A stretch of 64,000 bases of DNA from an uncultured Bacilli bacterium (GTDB lineage: Bacteria > Bacillota_I > Bacilli_A > RF39 > UBA660): the NCBI GenBank assembly GCA_934155645.1, contig CAKPHC010000004.1:81220-145219 (forward strand), in the 5' to 3' direction. The stretch's first letter is position 1; every line of letters starts with the position of its first letter. Under the pieces are notes generated by a model. That model worked only from the letters and a program-made list of their open reading frames with translations. It searched no databases and was not told the DNA's origin. Positions 49,041 through 58,562 of the stretch are shown here, one piece after another. A program made the translations under genes and the position numbers.

Positions 49041-50345
49041 ATGAAATTACCAGTAATCGCACTAGTAGGTAGACCAAACGTTGGTAAAAGTACAATTTTT
49101 AATAAAATAGTAGGTAAAAAGATATCTATAATAGAAGATACTCCAGGTGTTACTAGAGACAGAATTTATAGTGAAGCTACTTACAAGAATTATCGATTTA
49201 ACGTAATTGATACTGGTGGTATAGACGCTTCCATAGAAAAATTTAATGATGAAATTAAAATGCAAGCAGAAATTGCAATAAATGAAAGTGATGTTGTTAT
49301 TTTTGTTGTAGATGGTAAAGAAGGCCTTACATCAAATGATTTAATAGTAAGAGATATTTTAAGAAAAAGTAATAAAAAAGTAATAGTTGCTATTAATAAA
49401 GTTGATAATAAAAAAGCTAATGACCATATATATGATTTCTATGAATTAGGTTTTGATATATATATTCCAATTAGTGGTGAACATGGAATTGGATTCATGG
49501 AGTTAATGGATGAAGCTACAAAAGACTTTAACGAAAAAGAAGATAAAGAAGATAAAAGATTAAAATTTTCAGTTATAGGTAGACCAAATGTAGGTAAAAG
49601 TAGTCTAATTAATGCTATGTTAAATGAAGAACGTGTAATAGTAAGTGATGTTGCAGGTACTACAAGAGATGCAATTGATACAATTCTTACATATCAAAAA
49701 GAAGAGTTCGTAGTAATAGATACAGCAGGAATGCGTAAAAAAGGAAGAATTTACGAAAACGTAGAAAAATATAGTTTATTAAGAAGTATGAAAGCTATTG
49801 ATAGAAGTGATATATGTCTATTAGTTATCAATGCCGAAGAAGGTATTATTGAACATGATAAACATATAGCAGGATACGTTCTTGAAAAAGGTAAAGGACT
49901 TATAATAGTTGTTAATAAATGGGATACTGTTGAAGACAAGAAAACTATTAAAGATTATTTAAAAGAGGTACGTAGTGAATTTCAATTCTTATCATATGTA
50001 CCAGTAATATTTACTTCAGCATTAACTAAAAAAAGAGTTCATACAATTATGCCAGAAGTCTTAAAAGTAAGTGAAAATATTAAACGTGAAATTAAGACTA
50101 GTGTATTAAACGATGTGATTCAAGAAGCATACTTATTAAATTTACCACCTTCATATAAAGGCAGAAGATTAAAAATATATTACGCTAATCAAACAGGAGT
50201 TAAACCTCCTAAATTTACGTTCTTTGTTAACAGTAAAAACTTAGTTCATTTCTCATATGAAAGATATTTAGAAAATAAATTAAGAGAAAACTTTGAATTA
50301 GAAGGTACTCCAATAGTATTACAATTTAAAAATAGAAACGAATAA
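49041..50345 (+). CDS. der: Ribosome biogenesis GTPase Der (EngA), double GTPase + KH-like domain
   Basis: Two G-domains (GRPNVGKST and GRPNVGKSS). Confidence 0.9.
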   Translation: MKLPVIALVGRPNVGKSTIFNKIVGKKISIIEDTPGVTRDRIYSEATYKNYRFNVIDTGGIDASIEKFNDEIKMQAEIAINESDVVIFVVDGKEGLTSNDLIVRDILRKSNKKVIVAINKVDNKKANDHIYDFYELGFDIYIPISGEHGIGFMELMDEATKDFNEKEDKEDKRLKFSVIGRPNVGKSSLINAMLNEERVIVSDVAGTTRDAIDTILTYQKEEFVVIDTAGMRKKGRIYENVEKYSLLRSMKAIDRSDICLLVINAEEGIIEHDKHIAGYVLEKGKGLIIVVNKWDTVEDKKTIKDYLKEVRSEFQFLSYVPVIFTSALTKKRVHTIMPEVLKVSENIKREIKTSVLNDVIQEAYLLNLPPSYKGRRLKIYYANQTGVKPPKFTFFVNSKNLVHFSYERYLENKLRENFELEGTPIVLQFKNRNE

Positions 50346-50388
50346 CAAAAATAGGCTTCTTACATATAATTATGTAGGAGGTTTTTTT

Positions 50389-50628
50389 ATGTTTGGAGAT
50401 TCTTTTTTCAATAAGGTAGAGAAAAAAACAAAAGTAAATAAGGAAACTATTATGTCTTTAGCATCTAAAGTTCAAAAATCAGATATGAAAGATGAAAAAG
50501 TACTGCGTGATTTAATTAAAGAGATAAGTGGAATAGCAGGAAAAGAGGTAAGTGAAGAAAAAACCAATAAAATTATAAATGCGATTGTTCAAGATAAAGT
50601 ACCTAAAAATTTAGATGGAATGTTATAA
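50389..50628 (+). CDS. spoVIF: Stage VI sporulation protein F-like
   Basis: FFNKVEKKTKVNKETIMSLASKVQ ... DEKVLRDLIKEISGIAGKEVSEEK resembles SpoVIF (FFKNIEKKTGV ... DEKTVR ... AGKPVS). Confidence 0.6.
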   Translation: MFGDSFFNKVEKKTKVNKETIMSLASKVQKSDMKDEKVLRDLIKEISGIAGKEVSEEKTNKIINAIVQDKVPKNLDGML

Positions 50629-50717
50629 ATAGTGATTATTCACTATTTTTCTTTGGTATAACTTAAAAATAAAGTCATATATTTAATTGAAAATGAAAAA
50701 AGAGAGTGGGTAAATAT

Positions 50718-52193
50718 ATGGATAAACATGAAATAATTAAAAACATTGCAGAACGTACAGGAGGAGATATTTATCTTGGAGTAGTAGGAGCGGTAAGAAC
50801 GGGTAAAAGTACTTTTATAAAGAAATTTATCGAAACTTTAGTTGTTCCTAATATTAAAGATGAATATGAAAGAAAACGTGCATTAGATGAAATACCACAA
50901 AGTTCTAGTGGTAAAACAATAATGACAATTGAACCTAAATTTGTTCCTAATACTGCTGCTAAGATAGATATAGATGATTTTAGTTGTAATATTAGGTTAA
51001 TTGACTGTGTAGGTTATGTTATTAATAATGCTAAAGGTGCTGAAGATGAAAATGGACCTAGAATGGTTAAGTGTCCTTGGTACAACGAAGAAATACCGTT
51101 TGTTGAGGCAGCAGAATTAGGTACTGAGAAAGTTATAAAAGACCATTCTACTATAGGTATTGTAGTTACTACTGATGGTTCTATTGGGGAATTTTCAAGA
51201 AATGATTACTTAGAAGCTGAAACTAGGGTAATTAGTGAACTTAAAGAGTTAGGTAAACCATTTATAGTTATCTTAAACTCTACACATCCAACATTACCAG
51301 AAACAGAAAGATTAGCAGAATCATTAAAAGAAGAACATAATGTACCTGTAATTCCAATCAGTATTGAATCTATGGGCGAAAAGGATATTTATAATATCTT
51401 ACGTGAAGCATTATATGAATTTCCAATATTAGAAGTTAAAGTAAATATGCCTGAATGGATTGCTATTTTAAATAGTAAAAATCCTATTAAACAAAGTTAT
51501 ATCAACAGTATTAAAGAAAGTATTGTGGAAGTAGATAAATTAAGAGACATTGAAAATATTACTAAACATTTCTTAGATAATGAGAACATTGAGAAAGCTT
51601 ATTTATCTAACGTTGATCCATCAACAGGTGAAGTAATTGTATCGTTAGAAGCACCATGTGATTTATATAATAAAGTTTTAACTGATATAATTAAAATAGA
51701 TGTAAAAAATAAAGCTGAGTTATTATCGTTGTTCCAAGAATATAATGAGGCCAAAACCGAATATGACCAAATTAAATATGCTTTAAAGATGGTAAAACAA
51801 ACCGGTTATGGAGTAGCATCTCCTACTTTAGCTGATATGAAATTAGATACACCAGAAATAATTAAACAAGGTTCTCGTTATGGTGTTAAACTAAAAGCAG
51901 TAGCACCATCTATTCACATGATAAGAGTAGATGTTCAATCAACATTTGAACCTATAATTGGTAGTGAACTTCAAAGTAAAGAACTAATCAATTACTTAAT
52001 GAAAGATTATGAAACTAATCCATCTAATATATGGAAAAGTGAAATATTTGGACGTAGTCTAGATGTTATAGTCCAGGAGGGTATTCAATCTAAAATATCT
52101 TTAATGCCTGATAATGTAAGATATAAGTTAAGTAATATACTAAGTAAAGTAGTAAATAAAGGTTCTAATAACTTAATTGCTATTGTTATTTAA
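50718..52193 (+). CDS. spoIVA: Stage IV sporulation protein A
   Basis: N-terminus DIAERTGGDIYLGVVGAVRTGKSTFIKKFIE is nearly invariant in SpoIVA. Confidence 0.9.
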   Translation: MDKHEIIKNIAERTGGDIYLGVVGAVRTGKSTFIKKFIETLVVPNIKDEYERKRALDEIPQSSSGKTIMTIEPKFVPNTAAKIDIDDFSCNIRLIDCVGYVINNAKGAEDENGPRMVKCPWYNEEIPFVEAAELGTEKVIKDHSTIGIVVTTDGSIGEFSRNDYLEAETRVISELKELGKPFIVILNSTHPTLPETERLAESLKEEHNVPVIPISIESMGEKDIYNILREALYEFPILEVKVNMPEWIAILNSKNPIKQSYINSIKESIVEVDKLRDIENITKHFLDNENIEKAYLSNVDPSTGEVIVSLEAPCDLYNKVLTDIIKIDVKNKAELLSLFQEYNEAKTEYDQIKYALKMVKQTGYGVASPTLADMKLDTPEIIKQGSRYGVKLKAVAPSIHMIRVDVQSTFEPIIGSELQSKELINYLMKDYETNPSNIWKSEIFGRSLDVIVQEGIQSKISLMPDNVRYKLSNILSKVVNKGSNNLIAIVI

Positions 52194-52301
52194 TAAAAGC
52201 ATGTAAAATAATGAAAAATTCGTTGCTTTTGTACTGAAAACATGATATTTTATATATGTAAGCATATAGTGCTTAAAAATAAATACGGAGGTAATAATAT
52301 T

Positions 52302-52574
52302 ATGAAAAAAGTAGAATTAGTAGAAGCTGTTGCAACTGCTACAGGATTAACAAAAGCAGATGCTACAAGAGCAATCGATGCTACATTTGCTACAATTACA
52401 GGAGCATTAGCTAAAGGAGATAAAGTACCACTAGTTGGATTTGGAACATTTGCAGTTTCAAAAAGAGCAGCTCGTGAAGGACGTAATCCTCAAACTGGTG
52501 CTACAGTTAAAATTGCAGCTAGAAATGCTGTAACATTTAAAGCTGGTTCAGCATTAAAAGACGCAGTTAATTAA
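52302..52574 (+). CDS. hup: DNA-binding protein HU
   Basis: MKKVELVEAVA ... GFGTFAVSKRAAREGRNPQTG, 90 aa. A GGAGG RBS precedes the start. Confidence 0.9.
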   Translation: MKKVELVEAVATATGLTKADATRAIDATFATITGALAKGDKVPLVGFGTFAVSKRAAREGRNPQTGATVKIAARNAVTFKAGSALKDAVN

Positions 52575-52583
52575 TATTATTGA

Positions 52584-52610
52584 AACAGAGCTTAAGACTC
52601 TGTTTTTTTT
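52584..52610 (+). terminator. rho-independent terminator after hup
   Basis: Stem AACAGAG / CTCTGTT followed by TTTTTTT. Confidence 0.7.
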
Positions 52611-52655
52611 AGGAATTTTATTATATTTGTGGTATAATTATGTAGGAGGGTTTCT

Positions 52656-53744
52656 ATGTTAGCAACAGCATTAAAAGTACTAAAAAAAATAGAAGATCAT
52701 GGATTTAAAGCCTATATAGTTGGTGGTTTCGTAAGAGATTACTTACTAGAACGTGAATCTACTGATATTGATATAACAACTTCGGCAACACCTATGGAAA
52801 TAAAAAAAATATTTAAAGATATTTTTATACCTAAAGTTGAATATGGCTCAGTTACAGTTTTCTATCATAATATTAGATTTGAAATAACTACTTTTAGAAG
52901 AGAATTAACATATCTAAATAATAGAAAACCTATAGAATTTGAATATATCAATGATTTAGAAGAAGATTTAAGGCGAAGAGATTTCTTAATTAACACTATA
53001 TGTATGGATAGTAACGGTAATATTATTGATTTATTAAACGGTAAAAAAGATTTAGAAAATAAAGAAATAAATACAGTAGGAAATAGTTACGAAAAGTTTT
53101 ATGAAGATTCATTAAGAATACTAAGAGCTATAAGATTTGCAACAATCTTAGATTTTAAATTAAGCGATGAAGTAAAAGAAGCAATTAAAAAGACTAAAGG
53201 TAACTTACTTCGCCTTTCATATCAAAGAAAAAAAGAAGAATTAGATAAAATATTCTCAAGTAAAAATGCCAAATACGGTGTAAGTTTAATAAAGGAACTA
53301 GAACTTGATAAAGAATTAGAAATATATAATATAGATGATATTAAATTAAATGTCGATATATTAGGTATATGGACTTCACTTAAAGCAAGTGATAAATATC
53401 CGTTCTCTAAAAGTGAAAGAGACCTAATTAATAAAATAAGAGAAGCAATGACTAAAGATAATTTGAATAATGAAGTTTTATACAAATATGGATTATACGT
53501 TAATAGTATTGCAGGTACATTAAAAGGAATAGATAAGAAAAAGATAACTAATAAATATAATGCATTACCTATAACTAATAAAAATGATATAGCAGTTACT
53601 AGTAAAGACATAATGAATATTTTGAATAGAAATGGTGGAGAATACTTAAGAAATATTTATAATGACTTGACTTCAATGATTTTAAATGAAAAAATAGAAA
53701 ACAATAAAGAAATTTTAGAAAAGTATATTATAAGTAATTATTAA
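52656..53744 (+). CDS. cca: CCA-adding tRNA nucleotidyltransferase / poly(A) polymerase family
   Basis: Pol-beta superfamily head (AYIVGGFVRDYLLERESTDIDITT). Confidence 0.8.
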   Translation: MLATALKVLKKIEDHGFKAYIVGGFVRDYLLERESTDIDITTSATPMEIKKIFKDIFIPKVEYGSVTVFYHNIRFEITTFRRELTYLNNRKPIEFEYINDLEEDLRRRDFLINTICMDSNGNIIDLLNGKKDLENKEINTVGNSYEKFYEDSLRILRAIRFATILDFKLSDEVKEAIKKTKGNLLRLSYQRKKEELDKIFSSKNAKYGVSLIKELELDKELEIYNIDDIKLNVDILGIWTSLKASDKYPFSKSERDLINKIREAMTKDNLNNEVLYKYGLYVNSIAGTLKGIDKKKITNKYNALPITNKNDIAVTSKDIMNILNRNGGEYLRNIYNDLTSMILNEKIENNKEILEKYIISNY

Positions 53745-53764
53745 AAGTAAGGAGGATAGTATTT

Positions 53765-54430
53765 ATGAAAAACAAAAAAATATTAGAATTTATTAAATCA
53801 CGTGATATTGTTATTCCACTATATTTATATAAATATTATCCTAAATTAAATATCAGTTTAGAAGAATTTGTCTTCTTGATGTATTTATCTAATAGAGGAG
53901 ATAATTTATTATTTGACCCTACAGTTATTGAAAATGATATGGGACTTGACTTAAAGAAAGTTATGGAATTAATTAGTAAACTTACTGATAATAAACTTAT
54001 TAATTTAGAAGTTAAAAAAAATGATAAAAACATTATGGAAGAATATATATCATTAGATAATTTCTATCAAAAGATTAATATGATTATTATAGATGAATTA
54101 AATACTAAAGAAGAGAAAGATACAACAGTATTTTCATTGATTGAGCAAGAATTTGGAAGAACATTAAGTCCAATCGAATATGAGATAGTAAAAGCGTGGT
54201 TAGATAGTGGTATATCAGAAGAACTTATAAAAGAAGCTTTAAAAGAAGCTACGTTTAACGGTGTGAATAATTTAAGATATATAGATAAAATACTTTATGA
54301 ATGGGGTAAAAAAGGTATTAAAACAGCTAACGATGTAGAGAAAAATAGAACTAGCCATAAAGAACAAAAGAAGGAAAAACTTGAAGTATTTGAGTATAAC
54401 TGGTTAGAGGACGATAATAACGATGAATAA
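53765..54430 (+). CDS. dnaD: DnaD-domain replication initiation/membrane attachment protein
   Basis: DnaD C-terminal domain (LSPIEYEIVKAWLDSG ... LIKEALKEA). It also lies in the conserved dnaD-nth arrangement. Confidence 0.7.
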   Translation: MKNKKILEFIKSRDIVIPLYLYKYYPKLNISLEEFVFLMYLSNRGDNLLFDPTVIENDMGLDLKKVMELISKLTDNKLINLEVKKNDKNIMEEYISLDNFYQKINMIIIDELNTKEEKDTTVFSLIEQEFGRTLSPIEYEIVKAWLDSGISEELIKEALKEATFNGVNNLRYIDKILYEWGKKGIKTANDVEKNRTSHKEQKKEKLEVFEYNWLEDDNNDE

Positions 54431-55040
54431 AATAGAGAATTATTTAGATGAGTTATTCCCTAATCCTAAATGTGAATTGAATTATAACAAAGATTATGAG
54501 CTATTAATAGCTGTTATGTTAAGTGCTCAAACTACTGATAAAAGAGTAAATCAAGTAACTGAGGTATTATTTAATAAATATCCCACAATAAATGACTTAT
54601 CTAAGGCTGATATAAATGATATTATGGAAATAATTAAACCTATTGGGACTTATCATAAAAAAGCTACTTTCGTTAAAGAAATAGCAAATATTTTAGTTAA
54701 TAATTATAATGGACAAGTTCCAAATGATAGAAAGGTATTAGAACAAATGCCTGGAGTAGGGAGAAAAACTACCAACGTTGTTCTAAGTAATTTATTTGAT
54801 GTTCCTGCAATAGCAGTTGATACCCATGTAGCACGTGTTAGTAAAAGGCTTGGTTTAGCCGATAAGGACGATGATGTATTAATAATAGAAAATAAGTTAA
54901 TGAAAAAATTTGCCAAAAAGAATTGGAATAGAAGACATCATCAAATGGTATTGTTTGGACGTTATTATTGTAAAGCAGTCTCACCAATGTGTGAGAATTG
55001 TAAGTTGAAAAGAAATTGTAATAATGCACAAATTAATTAA
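54423..55040 (+). CDS. nth: Endonuclease III
   Basis: HhH-GPD domain and a C-terminal 4Cys cluster (CKAVSPMCENCKLKRNC). Confidence 0.85.
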   Translation: MNKIENYLDELFPNPKCELNYNKDYELLIAVMLSAQTTDKRVNQVTEVLFNKYPTINDLSKADINDIMEIIKPIGTYHKKATFVKEIANILVNNYNGQVPNDRKVLEQMPGVGRKTTNVVLSNLFDVPAIAVDTHVARVSKRLGLADKDDDVLIIENKLMKKFAKKNWNRRHHQMVLFGRYYCKAVSPMCENCKLKRNCNNAQIN

Positions 55041-55130
55041 ATATAGCGGTTGCTATATTTTTTTTCTACTTTTAATATAACTAATTTTATTCTATAATAT
55101 ATATAGAGGTAACATACAAGGAGGAATAAC

Positions 55131-56393
55131 ATGAAGTTTGTAGAATTATCAAAAGAAGAATTTCAATCTTTTGCTGAAAGTCATGAACAAGAAAGTTTCT
55201 TTCAAACTGTAGAAATTGCTGAATTGAGAAAAAGTTATGGAAGTAAAATATATTACCTAGGAGTTAAAGAAAAAAACACCATTATAGCAGGTGCTATGTT
55301 TTCTGTTACTAAAACCTTTGCAGGTAAATATACCTTTTACGCACCACGTGGTTTCTTAATGGATTATCATAATAAAGAATTACTTAAATTTTTTACCGAA
55401 GAGTTAAAGAAATATTGTAAAAAAAGAAATGGATTAATGATTAAAATAGATCCTAATGTAATATATAGAGTAAGAGGTAATGACGGCAGTATCATTAGTG
55501 ATAAAAAAGATGATGAGACAATTAACAACTTGAAGAAAATAGGATACAAACATTTTGGCTTTAACACAGATATAGTTAATACTCAATCACGTTGGAATTT
55601 TAGAGTAGAATTAAATAAACCATATGAAGAATTAAAAAAAGATTTTTCAAAAAGCACTAGAAAAAATATAGACGCTACATATAAAAAAGGAATTCAAGTA
55701 AGAAAAGGAACTATTGAAGACCTAGAAAGTATGGAAGAAATATTAATTAAGACAGCAGAAAGAAAAGGCTTCAATTATAGAAGCTTGGAATATTATACAA
55801 GAATGTATAAGTGTCTAAAAGATAAAATGCAAATATATCTTGCTTATTTGGACCCAGATGTATATTTGAATTCATCCCTTGAATTGTTAAAGAATGAAGA
55901 AGAAAATAATGCAAACATAAATAAAAAGATGGAACATGATAATGTAGGCAATAAACTAATAAATCAAAAAAGTACTTCTGATAAATTACTAGAGAAATAT
56001 CGTGATGAAGTTGAGCTTGCTAAAAAATTTAAAAAAGAAAATCCTAAGGGAAAAGATATAGGAGTATTGATTTCGTTAAAATCAGGTCAAGAGTATTTAA
56101 CTTTATACAGTGGCTTTTTAGTAGAATACAAAAGATTTACTCCAAAATATGCAATGTATAATGAACACATATTAGATGCTTATAAGTATAAAATACCATA
56201 TGTTAATTTTTATGGTATTTCAGGAATATTTAATCCTAAAGACGAAAACTACGGTATGTATGAATTTAAAAGAGGTTTTGGAGGTAATGTAGTAGAATTA
56301 ATAGGAGAATTCACTTATTCATTAAGTCCTTTGTATTATGTATATACCAATTTACGAAAAATAAAAATATTTATAAGAGCTCATAAGAGCTAA
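55131..56393 (+). CDS. FemAB-family peptidoglycan bridge-formation aminoacyltransferase, paralog 1
   Basis: FemAB-family N-terminus (FAESHEQESFFQT) and the conserved YAPRGF motif. Confidence 0.75.
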   Translation: MKFVELSKEEFQSFAESHEQESFFQTVEIAELRKSYGSKIYYLGVKEKNTIIAGAMFSVTKTFAGKYTFYAPRGFLMDYHNKELLKFFTEELKKYCKKRNGLMIKIDPNVIYRVRGNDGSIISDKKDDETINNLKKIGYKHFGFNTDIVNTQSRWNFRVELNKPYEELKKDFSKSTRKNIDATYKKGIQVRKGTIEDLESMEEILIKTAERKGFNYRSLEYYTRMYKCLKDKMQIYLAYLDPDVYLNSSLELLKNEEENNANINKKMEHDNVGNKLINQKSTSDKLLEKYRDEVELAKKFKKENPKGKDIGVLISLKSGQEYLTLYSGFLVEYKRFTPKYAMYNEHILDAYKYKIPYVNFYGISGIFNPKDENYGMYEFKRGFGGNVVELIGEFTYSLSPLYYVYTNLRKIKIFIRAHKS

Positions 56394-56402
56394 GGAGGAA
56401 CT

Positions 56403-57689
56403 ATGAAATTAGTAACATTAACATCGGAAGAGTTTGAAAACTTTGCAAGTAATCATGAACAATCTACTTTTCTTCAAAGTATAAGTTGGACAAAAGTAAA
56501 AGGTGAAAACGGATGGAAACATACTTTTTTAGGATTTAAAGATGATAGTGAAATAGTAGCAGCAACAATGATTTTATCAAAACAAACACCAGTAAAAAAG
56601 AAAATGTTTTATGCGCCACGTGGTTTTTTAATAGACTATCACAATAATGGTTTGTTAAAAGAGTTTACTTCTGCTGTTGCAAAATATGTAAAGGATAATA
56701 ATGGTATTTTCTTTAAGATTGATCCGTACCTTATGTATCATCAAAGAAATAGAGATGGAAATATAGTAGAAGGTGGAAAAGATAATTCTGATGTTGTTAA
56801 TGAATTAAAAAAACTTGGATTTAAAGAGAAGTGTGCACGCCCTGGAGTTCAAACTCTTCAATCTAAATGGATGTACCGAATTAATTTAAAGGATAGAACA
56901 CTAGATGATGTAATGAAAGATATGACTTCTAAAACAAGACAAATGATTCGTAAAAATGAAAAAAACGGCGTAGTAGTAAGAGAAGGTTCATATGAAGAAT
57001 TAGATAAATTTGAGAAAATTATGAATCATACTAGCAAAAGACGTGAGTTTTTGAATAGACCTTTAAAATATTATCAAAATATGTATAAAGCATTTGGTAA
57101 TGGTAAAGATTTAAAATTATACTTAGCAGAATTACAAATAGAAAAAACACTTAATACATTAAAAGATGAAGTATCTAAATTGGAAGAAGATTATAATAAA
57201 GTTTTATCTAATATAGAAAATGGTAAAGCTAAAATGAATGAGACTAAGTTAAAACTAAAGCAAGATGAAATAGAAAGAACTAAAAAAAGAATAGTTGAAT
57301 TTGAAGAATTATATCAAAAGCATGGCAGTATTTTAACGTTAGGAGCTATATTATATTTTATCCGTGGTCGTGAAGTAATTTCATTTATCGGAGGAGCTTA
57401 TGAAGAATATTTAGAATTCCAACCATTCTACAGTCTTAATTACGAAATGATTAAATATGCCGTAGATAACAAATATGATTATTATAATTTCTATGGTATT
57501 TCTAGCGATTTATCTCCAAAAGACCCAATGTATGGTATTTATATATTTAAAAAGGGATTTGGTGGGGAAGTAGTAGAATTAATTGGTGAATATGATTATA
57601 TAGTAAGTCCTATGTATTATCTTTTATATGATGTTAGTTATAAAGTAGTTCATAAATTAAAGAAAATTAAAGCAAAACTTCATATTTAA
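56403..57689 (+). CDS. FemAB-family peptidoglycan bridge-formation aminoacyltransferase, paralog 2
   Basis: Tandem paralog with the same YAPRGF motif and a coiled-coil insert. Confidence 0.75.
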   Translation: MKLVTLTSEEFENFASNHEQSTFLQSISWTKVKGENGWKHTFLGFKDDSEIVAATMILSKQTPVKKKMFYAPRGFLIDYHNNGLLKEFTSAVAKYVKDNNGIFFKIDPYLMYHQRNRDGNIVEGGKDNSDVVNELKKLGFKEKCARPGVQTLQSKWMYRINLKDRTLDDVMKDMTSKTRQMIRKNEKNGVVVREGSYEELDKFEKIMNHTSKRREFLNRPLKYYQNMYKAFGNGKDLKLYLAELQIEKTLNTLKDEVSKLEEDYNKVLSNIENGKAKMNETKLKLKQDEIERTKKRIVEFEELYQKHGSILTLGAILYFIRGREVISFIGGAYEEYLEFQPFYSLNYEMIKYAVDNKYDYYNFYGISSDLSPKDPMYGIYIFKKGFGGEVVELIGEYDYIVSPMYYLLYDVSYKVVHKLKKIKAKLHI

Positions 57690-57768
57690 AAAAGAATCCA
57701 TTTTTATGGATTTTTCTTTTGCATTATAACTAAAAAGTTACATAAAGTTAAATAGGTGATAATATAAT

Positions 57769-58530
57769 ATGACTAATATAAAATATAGTTTCATAATAAC
57801 ATCCATAGCCGGATTATCTACAATGCTTGGTTCAATTTTAATATTTTTTAAATATAGAAATACAGATAAAGTTGTTTGCTCAGCACTTTCTTTTGCAGCA
57901 GGGGTAATGTTAACTGTAAGTGCTACTGACTTAATACCATCATCTATAACAGGATTATTAAATATTTATTATTTATTTCCAGCCTTATTAATCGCCTTAA
58001 TATCTATCGTCTTCGGTATTGCTATTTCGACTTTAATAAATAAATATATTCCAGACATTAACTCAGAGAAAGTAGGAAATAAAGGATTGTTTAAAGTAGG
58101 TATTATTTCGATGATTGCTATTATATTGCATAATGTTCCAGAAGGAATAGCAACATTTATGACTTCTACTAAAGATATTCAACTAGGGCTTTCTTTGGCC
58201 CTTGCTATAACACTTCATAATATTCCGGAGGGTATTAGTATTTCAGTACCAATTTATTACAGTACTAAAAGTAAAGCTAAAGCATTATTGTATACATTTG
58301 TATCGGGAATCTCTGAACCTCTCGGCGCTATTATTGCTTACTTATTTTTAGCCCCATACATGAACGATCTTATTATGAGTATTTTGCTTTCTAGTATAGC
58401 TGGAATTATGATAGCTATTTCTATATATGAATTAATACCAGCATCATTAAAATATAACAATACCAAACGAACGACATTGTACTTCTTAATTGGTAGTATA
58501 TTTATGATGATATGCCATTTATTTGTATAA
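57769..58530 (+). CDS. zupT: ZIP-family zinc transporter
   Basis: HNVPEGIA and HNIPEGISIS motifs across 8 TM helices. Confidence 0.8.
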   Translation: MTNIKYSFIITSIAGLSTMLGSILIFFKYRNTDKVVCSALSFAAGVMLTVSATDLIPSSITGLLNIYYLFPALLIALISIVFGIAISTLINKYIPDINSEKVGNKGLFKVGIISMIAIILHNVPEGIATFMTSTKDIQLGLSLALAITLHNIPEGISISVPIYYSTKSKAKALLYTFVSGISEPLGAIIAYLFLAPYMNDLIMSILLSSIAGIMIAISIYELIPASLKYNNTKRTTLYFLIGSIFMMICHLFV

Positions 58531-58533
58531 AAA

Positions 58534-58562
58534 AATAGAGTAAGTTTTCTTACTCTATTATT
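58534..58562. terminator. bidirectional terminator between zupT and the PBP gene
   Basis: Stem ATAGAGTAAG / CTTACTCTAT flanked by A- and T-tracts. Confidence 0.6.
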
